Source: Octopus sinensis (taxonomy: Eukaryota). From it: a DNA stretch of 64,000 bases. Where the stretch lies: the NCBI RefSeq assembly GCF_006345805.1, contig NC_042999.1, forward strand, positions 22,382,001-22,446,000. Direction: 5' to 3'. Below are positions 54,653 to 64,000 of this stretch, in pieces (the stretch's first letter is position 1; each line of letters opens with the position of its first letter). The position numbers and the translations under genes were made by a program. The notes under the pieces were generated by a model. It worked only from the letters and a program-made list of their open reading frames with translations. It had not been told where the DNA came from and made no database searches.

Positions 54653-56645
54653 GAAATTCCTTGGTTTGGATTTGGAAACACTGAAAATAAGAACATACCC
54701 TTTCGAAGATCTGCTCGTAACTAACAGTGCCAACAAATTCAAAATAAGCAAGCGAAGAATCTCTGTTCTCCCCTTTCCACCAGCGTGGGTTAAAATCATC
54801 AAACACTATGCTTATTTCGGTAAAATCCGAAGCATTAATCAGAGGGAGATTAATTATAATTTCAACAATTGAGGGCAAAATTAATTAATTATTAATCAAT
54901 TTCACCAAGTGTTCAGTATGCAAAGGGACCATTCAAGGCGAATTCAAATTATTACATTATATAAAAGGGCTTAGTAAAATAAATTACTTTGCCGCATACT
55001 GAACTCATTAGAAATAGCAGCTAAAAAACTTTTTTAAAGCTATTTCTAATACTTAACGAAAATCTCTCTCATATATAGTGTTTGCTTAATTCAACTCACA
55101 AAAGTTTGGGGGTAAGGACATCGAAAAATCAAATGCTAAGGTTATTTGAGAACGTACGTTTCAAGATTAGTCAAAAACAACACTTCTACCATCAGCTCAG
55201 AAATTCCTTGGTTTGGATTTGGAAACACTGAAAATAAGAACATACCCTTTCGAAGATCTGCTCGTAACTAACAGTGCCAACAAATTCAAAATAAGCAAGC
55301 GAAGAATCTCTGTTCTCCCCTTTCCACCAGCGTGGGTTAAAATCATCAAACACTATGCTTATTTCGGTAAAATCCGAAGCATTAATCAGAGGGAGATTAA
55401 TTATAATTTCAACAATTGAGGGCAAAATTAATTAATTATTAATCAATTTCACCAAGTGTTCAGTATGCAAAGGGACCATTCAAGGCGAATTCAAATTATT
55501 ACATTATATAAAAGGGCTTAGTAAAATAAATTACTTTGCCGCATACTGAACTCATTAGAAATAGCAGCTAAAAAACTTTTTTAAAGCTATTTCTAATACT
55601 TAACGAAAATCTCTCTCATATATAGTGTTTGCTTAATTCAACTCACAAAAGTTTGGGGGTAAGGACATCGAAAAATCAAATGCTAAGGTTATTTGAGAAC
55701 GTACGTTTCAAGATTAGTCAAAAACAACACTTCTATCATCAGCTCAGAAATTCCTTGGTTTGGATTTGGAAACACTGAAAATAAGAACATACCCTTTCGA
55801 AGATCTGCTCGTAACTAACAGTGCCAACAAATTCAAAATAAGCAAGCGAAGAATCTCTGTTCTCCCCTTTCCACCAGCGTGGGTTAAAATCATCAAACAC
55901 TATGCTTATTTCGGTAAAATCCGAAGCATTAATCAGAGGGAGATTAATTATAATTTCAACAATTGAGGGCAAAATAATTAATTATTAATCAATTTCACCA
56001 AGTGTTCAGTATGCAAAGGGACCATTCAAGGCGAATTCAAATTATTACATTATATAAAAGGGCTTAGTAAAATAAATTACTTTGCCGCATACTGGACTCA
56101 TTAGAAATAGCAGCTAAAAAACTTTTTTAAAGCTATTTCTAATACTTAACGAAAATCTCTCTCATATATAGTGTTTGCTTAATTCAACTCACAAAAGTTT
56201 GGGGGTAAGGACATCGAAAAATCAAATGCTAAGGTTATTTGAGAACGTACGTTTCAAGATTAGTCAAAAACAACACTTCTATCATCAGCTCAGAAATTCC
56301 TTGGTTTGGATTTGGAAACACTGAAAATAAGAACATACCCTTTCGAAGATCTGCTCGTAACTAACAGTGCCAACAAATTCAAAATAAGCAAGCGAAGAAT
56401 CTCTGTTCTCCCCTCAATTTTGCCCTCAATTGTTGAAATTATAATTAATCTCCCTCTGATTAATGCTTCGGATTTTACCGAAATAAGCATAGTGTTTGAT
56501 GATTTTAACCCACGCTGGTGGAAAGGGGAGAACAGAGATTCTTCGCTTGCTTATTTTGAATTTGTTGGCACTGTTAGTTACGAGCAGATCTTCGAAAGGG
56601 TATGTTCTTATTTTCAGTGTTTCCAAATCCAAACCAAGGAATTTC

Positions 56646-56698
56646 TGAGCTGATGATAGAAGTGTTGTTTTTGACTAATCTTGAAACGTACGTTCTCA
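56646..56698 (+). ncRNA. Type I hammerhead motif, inverted half of the array (also at 57189-57241)
   Basis: tgagCTGATGAtagaagtgttgtttttgactaatcttGAAAcgtacgTTctca read directly. Confidence 0.75.
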
Positions 56699-57884
56699 AA
56701 TAACCTTAGCATTTGATTTTTCGATGTCCTTACCCCCAAACTTTTGTGAGTTGAATTAAGCAAACACTATATATGAGAGAGATTTTCGTTAAGTATTAGA
56801 AATAGCTTTAAAAAAGTTTTTTAGCTGCTATTTCTAATGAGTTCAGTATGCGGCAAAGTAATTTATTTTACTAAGCCTTTTATATATGTAATAATTTGAA
56901 TTCGCCTTGAATGGTCCCTTTGCATACTGAACACTTGGTGAAATTGATTAATAATTAATTAATTTTGCCCTCAATTGTTGAAATTATAATTAATCTCCCT
57001 CTGATTAATGCTTCGGATTTTACCGAAATAAGCATAGTGTTTGATGATTTTAACCCACGCTGGTGGAAAGGGGAGAACAGAGATTCTTCGCTTGCTTATT
57101 TTGAATTTGTTGGCACTGTTAGTTACGAGCAGATCTTCGAAAGGGTATGTTCTTATTTTCAGTGTTCCAAATCCAAACCAAGGAATTCTGAGCTGATGAT
57201 AGAAGTGTTGTTTTTGACTAATCTTGAAACGTACGTTCTCAATAACCTTAGCATTTGATTTTTCGATGTCCTTACCCCCAAACTTTTGTGAGTTGAATTA
57301 AGCAACACTATATATGAGAGAGATTTTCGTTAAGTATTAGAAATAGCTTTAAAAAAGTTTTTTAGCTGCTATTTCTAATGAGTTCAGTATGCGGCAAAGT
57401 AATTTATTTTACTAAGCCCTTTTATATAATGTAATAATTTGAATTCGCCTTGAATGGTCCCTTTGCATACTGAACACTTGGTGAAATTGATTAATAATTA
57501 ATTAATTTTGCCCTCAATTGTTGAAATTATATATAAATATATATAGATATATATATATACACTCAATTACACTATAAAATGGTCAAATTTTTCCACAAGA
57601 ACTTAGTTCAATTTGAAAACCCCACTAGAATGGGTTAAAGCACTAATATATGATATATGATATATGTTATATGATGTAAAAAAACATGTAATATACAAAT
57701 AAATATCTGTAAATATAAAACCATCCGAATTTCTGAGTACCTCATTTCTTCTAATATATATATATATATATTATATATATTATATATATATATATAAAGC
57801 AAATAAGTAACGAGAATGTCGAGGTATTAGTGCATTACGGCCGTTTCGGGCGGCTCCATTTAATCGAATAATGCAATCATTACA

Positions 57885-58365
57885 TCATCTGTTTGGTGGG
57901 ATATGAAAGGTTTAGTCCACTTTGAACTTTTAAACCCCAACCAAATGATAACAAAGGAAATTTACTGCGCTAGAAGGAAAACGACCATGTTTGGTGTCAA
58001 GACGAAAAGTGTTCTTCCATGAGGATAATGCTTGGTCACATACAGCAAGGATGACTGGAGCAGTTTAATTGAGAGACGATGCTCCACCCACTATATTCGC
58101 GATCATTACCTCATCTAATTATCATTTATTCGGCAGTCTTCAAAACCATTTGGGAGGAAAAAATATGAATTCTGTAGACGAGGTCAGAACAATACTGGGG
58201 GAATATTTTTCGTCACGGACAAGTAAATTTTGGAAGAAGGGCCTTGCAAGTGTTCCAGATAGATGGAAGAGCATTGTTAAAAATGAAGGAGAGTATATTT
58301 TAGAATTAAAAAGAACTTTGTTTATCTTAATTTTGGAAAATAAAAGAAGTATAAAAAATCGCAAA
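57885..58365 (+). pseudogene. Mariner (DD34D-type) transposase catalytic-domain fragment
   Basis: VWWDMKGLVHFELL, FFHEDNAWSHTARMT and SNYHLFGSLQNHL...DRWKSIVKNEGEYI, with frameshifts. Confidence 0.88.
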
Positions 58366-58506
58366 TAGATAGATAGAGAGATAGAGAGAGATCGACAGAC
58401 AGACATATAGATAGAGATATATATATATATACTTAGGTGGTGAGGTTAATATATGCACGTATGAGTATGTCTGTGCGAACGTGTGGGAATAACTGAGTAT
58501 TTTCAT

Positions 58507-58544
<38 letters not shown>

Positions 58545-59177
58545 TATGTTTCTATATCTGTATTCATTTTTATCGTTGTAAACCCCATGATGTGTCAAAA
58601 ACAAAACTGAATTATTTGATAGACTGGTGAAATACGTACCAAATCAGAATAAGTAATAGAATCTATATGATCAACCACTTTAAGTTGTTGATAAATATTA
58701 CCTTTAGTATTAACACTGCTTCTGTCGCTATTAATTATTTTTTGATAATCCCGCAGTCTATTTGCAACACCAGTTCCCGAGCAGACACTAAGATACGATA
58801 TATCGCTGACGGGGTAATCGGTTGCTACACCTAAAAGGATGTCTGGCCTTGAAATAGCGAAGGAAAGGTGAAATAACGCGTTCTGGCCGTTCAGGCGACC
58901 GTAGCAAACGATACTCGCCCACCAGTGATATAAACAAGGGTGCTTTTATGCACCAGAAGTCCATATGAGAAGTCTTCTCGTGGTAAATAACGCAGTACAA
59001 TCTGTTCTAACACAACATCCACTTTACATTGGTGATAAATATTACCTTTTAGTATTACGGATGTTAGTATTATTGTTTAGCCTCGGGTCAGCTGTGTTCG
59101 ACCTCAGTTCTGATCACAAACGTTCCAAACATGCACTACACTTTTTTTTTCTTTTAGACAATGTTTGTGTTTATATT

Positions 59178-59406
59178 TATTTCTTTATTGTCCACAGGGG
59201 GATAAACATAGATGGGGACAAACAAGGACAGACAAACGGATTAAGTCGATTACACCGACCCCAGTGCTGGTACTTAATTTATCGACCCCGAAAGGATGAA
59301 AGGCAAAGTCGACCTCGACAGAATTTGAACTCAGAACGTAACGGCAGACGAAATACGGCTACGCATTTCGCCAGGCGTGCTAACCGTTCTGCCAGCTTGC
59401 CGCCTT
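59178..59406 (-). mobile_element. Meta-domain SINE family B, full length
   Basis: Family match. Confidence 0.88.
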
Positions 59407-59988
59407 ATGGGTTTATATTATCATCCAATGCTTCATTCCATTTTCAAGGTGTGATTTAAAAAAAGATTTGACTGCTATTTCTTGCAAGATAATCAGCTCT
59501 CTATAGGCTTCCAATTATTCTTGACAAGGTGGTGGATTTAACAGAATTCGTAGAATGCCGGAACAAAATATCTTGCGATATTTAATTACAGCACTTTATT
59601 ATCTGAATTCAAATACTGCCAAGGACGAGTTTGTTTTCATCTCTCCAAGATATTTCATCTTCTCCATTTAAAAATAAATAAACAAATAAATAAATAAATA
59701 AATACAAGAAACTTCCTATCCAGACACTTCGTCTTCCTTGTTTCCATGACTTTCTTTACTGATTTATAATTACAAGGAATTCAAACTAAACTATTTTATT
59801 TCAAAGCGTGCTAATTGAAAAATAAAAAATAAAAATAAGAAAAAAAAGAATAAAGATTTATTAATATAATTAGTACATAGTTTAATTTATTTCGCTAGAT
59901 TTGCCATGTTTTGTTTTTTGAAAATTTGTTTTGTTTATTTCTTTTGAGTGCACATTTGTTTTCCTTTTAATTTTCTTTTAATTTTCAG

Positions 59989-60054
59989 CCGTTATAACTA
60001 TGGGTTGGCGAAGACGGTGAGTATCTGCCAGAGTCTCGGGGGAAAGTTTTATAG
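59989..60054 (+). CDS. Candidate small internal exon of an unidentified host gene
   Basis: Long polypyrimidine tract with ttttcag acceptor. Consensus GTGAGT donors at 60017 and 60055. Open frame RYNYGLAKTVSICQSLGGKFY. Confidence 0.4.
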
Positions 60055-60481
60055 GTGAGTCTCAATCGTCTGCTTGGATCCTGTAGAGGCTTTTACGGAT
60101 TAAGTCTTCATAGTTTCAAATTTTGATACAAAGCCAGCAAATTTAGGAGTTTAGGAGTGTGAAGGTTAGTGGAATACATCAACCCCAGTATTCAACTGGT
60201 ACTTATTTTATTGACACAGGTTACCTCCTAATAGTGTGTAATTAGAAAACGCGGCGAGCTGGCTGAATCGTTATCACGCCGGAAAAATGTTTAGCGATAT
60301 TTCTTTCATTTTACGTTCTGAGTTCAAATCCTGCCGAGGACGATTGTGCCTTCCCAACCCTTCCGAGGTTCATAAAATAAGTACAAGTTGAGCACTGGGA
60401 TCGATGTAACTGACTTGTACCCACTCCCAAAATTTCAGGCCTTGCACCTAGAGTAAAAAATACTGTGTAACGAGAGAGAAC

Positions 60482-60621
60482 TACATTATTTACATTTGAT
60501 GGATATATGTCCTCATCTTATTTGTTGTTAACACAACGTTTCGGCTGATATACCCGCCAGCCTTCATCAGGTGTCTTGATGAATTTCGAACCAAGGTTCT
60601 CATTCCTAAGGTATTTTTCAA

Positions 60622-60625
<4 letters not shown>
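60482..60625 (-). mobile_element. Inverted copy of the HHR-bearing tail (HHR at 60531-60574)
   Basis: Minus strand: acac-CTGATGA-aggctgg...tcagcc-GAAA-cg-TT-gtgt. Confidence 0.8.
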
Positions 60626-60693
<68 letters not shown>

Positions 60694-60761
60694 TATGGCG
60701 TTGTAGTTAAGAGCGCGTGCTACTAACCCCAAGATTCCGAGTTCGATTCCAAGCAAGGACT

Positions 60762-60834
<73 letters not shown>

Positions 60835-60985
60835 TAATAATAATAACATCGAAAAATACCTTCGGAATGAGAGCCCAGGTTCGAAATTTCCCTAAAACAC
60901 CTGATGAAGGCTGGAAGGTTTATCAGCCGAAACGTTGTGTTAACAACAAACAAGATGGGAACAAATATCCGTCAAATGTAAATAG
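60694..60985 (+). mobile_element. tRNA-like head + (AAT)n + hammerhead-bearing tail (HHR at 60897-60940)
   Basis: A-box-like tggcgttgtagttaag at 60696 and B box gttcgattcc at 60741. HHR acac-CTGATGA-aggctg...cagcc-GAAA-cg-TT-gtgt. Confidence 0.7.
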
Positions 60986-61141
60986 ACCGTCATTTAAAGA
61001 TGTTTTTGTTAAATATTGTTATTGTTTTTGTTGAATAAAATTTGTTGAAAAAAGCCGCAATAATTATGCACTATCCAAATATATTTATATAAACTTAGAT
61101 AAACTTAGATATGTTTCGACCAATGATTGGTCCAGGCCATG

Positions 61142-61176
<35 letters not shown>

Positions 61177-61391
61177 AGATTTTTGAAAAGATAAATTTTA
61201 ATTTTATATGCTTCTGTTGAGACTAGTAAGAAACAATTATGAACTTTTTTATTACACTTAACTTTTAAAAATATTTTTGATAAGGTTCGTTTTTTCAAGA
61301 AGAACCGAAACATGTAAAATCTCTAAGAAAATTAGAATTTATCTTATATAGTGGCGTTTTCACACTCGTATGCCACCTACACTTTTTATAA

Positions 61392-61458
<67 letters not shown>

Positions 61459-61564
61459 TATACGGTGTGTGTGTTTATATACATATATCTAGCAAATATA
61501 TATGTGTGTGTGTGTGTGTTTATATATATATCTACCAAATATATATATATGTGTGTGTGTCTGT

Positions 61565-62302
61565 GTAGTATAGATCTACCATGTAAAAAGTCATCTTAAA
61601 TTCGGTATCGTATATTTTTCTCTTGTATCTCTTAATCCTTTTCTCCTTTTTGATAAATACTGTTATCCGAAAAGTTACATTTTTCTTCTACATTTTCTTT
61701 TGGTATATATATATAGAGCAAATATTGCTATATACAACTTGTATATATTATAAAGGTTATGCAAACACGCAGAGAGAGAGAGAAAAATCACCCAAATATC
61801 AAAAGTAAAAGAAAAGCAAATGGGGGACAGATAATTATTACATGGAATCAGACATGTAAAAGCACGTGACTGAAAAAAACCGCAGAAATATAGAACAAAT
61901 GGACAACGATCAAAAAACTGTACAATAAAGATAAATGCAGTAATCCCTCGCCATATCGCGGTTCACCTATCGCGTTTTATTCTTTAAGCTTACATCGATT
62001 CTTCCGTGGTGCTGTTTTGCATTTATAATAATATAAATATTCATTTTCTTTTTTTCTTTTTTATTCTTTTATTCGTTTCACTCATTTGACTGCGGCCATG
62101 CTGGAGCACCGCCTTTAGTCGAGCAAATCGACCCCAGGACTTATTCTTTGTAAGCCCAGTACTTATTCTATCGGTCCCTTTTGCCGAACCGCTAAGTTAC
62201 GGGGACGTAAACACACCAGCATCGGTTGTCAAGCGATGTTGGGGAGACAAACACAGACACACAAATGTATACACACACACACATACATACATACATCAAT
62301 AC

Positions 62303-62348
<46 letters not shown>

Positions 62349-62778
62349 GACGGGTTTCTTTCAGTTTCCGTCTACCAAATTCACTTACAAGGCTTTGGCC
62401 GGCCCGAGGCTATAGTAGAAGACACTTGCCCAAGGTGCCACGCAGTGGGACTGAACCCGGAACCATGTGATTCGTACGCAAGCTACTTACCACACAGCCA
62501 CTCCTACGCCTTTATTTGGAAATATATGCAAATTATAAAAACAAATATATGCAGTAATGTTTCTACTTCGCAGATTTTCACCTATCGCGGGTGTTATGTT
62601 CCAAAAAACCCTGCGATAGTCGAGGGATTACTGCTTGCCAAAAGAAAATATAGAAGAAATTGTAACTGTTCGGATAACAGTATTTAGCAAAAAGGAGAAA
62701 AGGATTAAGAGATACAAGGGAAAAATATACGATACCGAATTTATGATGTCTTTTTACATGATAGGTCTATACTACACA
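61565..62778. repeat. ~135-bp inverted repeats (61565-61703 and 62637-62778); partial third copy at 62972-63056
   Basis: aaattcggtatcgtatatttttctcttgtatctcttaatccttttctcc and its reverse complement. Confidence 0.85.
61938..62633. mobile_element. MITE with 13-bp TIRs (pogo/Tigger-like CAGT termini), containing a family A SINE at 62045-62511
   Basis: cagtaatccctcg at 61938 and cgagggattactg at 62621-62633. No TA TSD is preserved. Confidence 0.65.
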
Positions 62779-62852
62779 TTCACACACGTGTGTGTGTGAC
62801 CATATATATATATGTTCTGATACACGCACAGCCAAAAAATTAACTAACTAAC

Positions 62853-62910
<58 letters not shown>

Positions 62911-63079
62911 CGCACACACACACACACACAAGTGCTTGTACTGGCAGCGCTGCAATTTTCCAATCATGGGGAGAGAAAAGGATTAAGAGATACAAGAGAA
63001 AAATATACGATACCGAATTTAAGATGTCTTTTTACATGATAGGTCTATACTACACACACATGTGTGTTTGTGTGTGTGT

Positions 63080-63123
<44 letters not shown>

Positions 63124-64000
63124 ATATATATATATATATGCTCTGATGCACACACACACACACCACACACACACATGTGCTTGTACTGGCAGCTCTGCGA
63201 TTTTCCAATCATGGGGGAAAAGCCATAATTACAACTTACACTCTCTTCAAATAATATCTCCCTTCAGACAATAACCTAAATAACTGACGAATAATCAATT
63301 TACCAAAACTAACTTTGAATCCAAAATTTTCAAACCTACGCGTCCGCTTATGCAAAGTTATATAACTTGAATTTAACGCTACAGTCAAAGCTAATTACAA
63401 ACCTTAATACCAGGCAAATCCATTAATTTAGAACCTAAAATTAGAGACTAAAAGCAAATACTATTAACCAAGTCGTAATTACATATAAAACTATATATAA
63501 CTATCAATTTAGTTAGATTTCCATAAAATCTTCAGCTAGAAAAACGTTAAGATAACTCCAATGAATTCAAAATTTATAAAATTCAATGTGAGATTTTATT
63601 ATTACTTCGTTATGACCCTTCAACACTCCTTACAAAGAACATAGATATAGCTCAGTCCTACTTTTAATATTCTAGCAAATAACTTAATGACTTTGATGTA
63701 ACAGGTCAGCCATCGACATTTTTTTTTCCCCCATCCAATGTTCATAGCTTTATTTAATTCGAATTTTAAGGTTAGAAGTCATTTATTTCATTTCTCGCGA
63801 AGTTTGTAAAATTTTATAACATAAACAACACGATCTCGCTGGCAAGAAGAAAGCTTCAAAAATGAATTGCAAAATTCGAAGGATTGCTTTGGTACAACGT
63901 CTGCTTTGTTTCCAAAAGATATGGGTTCCAGTCCCCAAAATTTAGCGATATAAATAATATCTCCATAAGGCGGTGAGCTGACAGAATAGTTAGCACGCCG

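Larger units (their letters stand above)
54410..57530. mobile_element. 547-bp tandem array, each unit carrying a hammerhead: ~3.7 units, an inversion at 56414, then ~2 units in the opposite orientation; flanked by (AT)n
   Basis: Track ORFs recur at 547-bp spacing (54666, 55213, 55760) and on the opposite strand after 56414. Units are nearly identical. Confidence 0.92.

Noticed and set aside
54645-57258. Repeated 77-aa and 68-aa ORFs in the 547-bp array
   Set aside because: They are short, overlap on both strands, rely on alternative start codons and show no recognisable motif; their identity simply reflects the DNA repeat.
57828-57860. GAAAcggccgTA on the minus strand (similar half-motif at 61100-61126)
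   Set aside because: Only the 3' half of an HHR is present, with no CUGANGA; not counted.

Overview
Eukaryotic, AT-rich, extremely microsatellite-dense sequence with one 100-N scaffold gap (15118-15217). The SINE content (CORE-like, Meta-domain and V-domain tRNA SINEs) fits a cephalopod, probably Octopus (inference). There is no intact host gene, and nearly all track ORFs are microsatellite or SINE artefacts; the only host-gene signal is a possible small exon at 59989-60054. Recognisable decayed mobile-element coding pieces are a CR1-type LINE, an RTE/BovB-type RT, three Penelope-like (PLE) fragments (one with a GIY-YIG endonuclease), R4/Dong-type RLE fragments and three mariner fragments. 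A Helentron-associated element, a MITE and a 5S rRNA pseudogene are also present. The most striking unannotated layer is about 17 type I hammerhead ribozyme (HHR) motifs from several unrelated sequence families, mostly in elements sitting in simple repeats, chiefly (AT)n. They include a near-identical 547-bp HHR tandem array with an internal inversion (54410-57530), a 440-bp array of the same architecture (7326-8390) and a tRNA-headed SINE-like element with an HHR tail (60694-60985). A duplicated pLTR-like element carries hammerhead core motifs in a non-canonical order (41622-42626). All folds were read by eye; none was computed.
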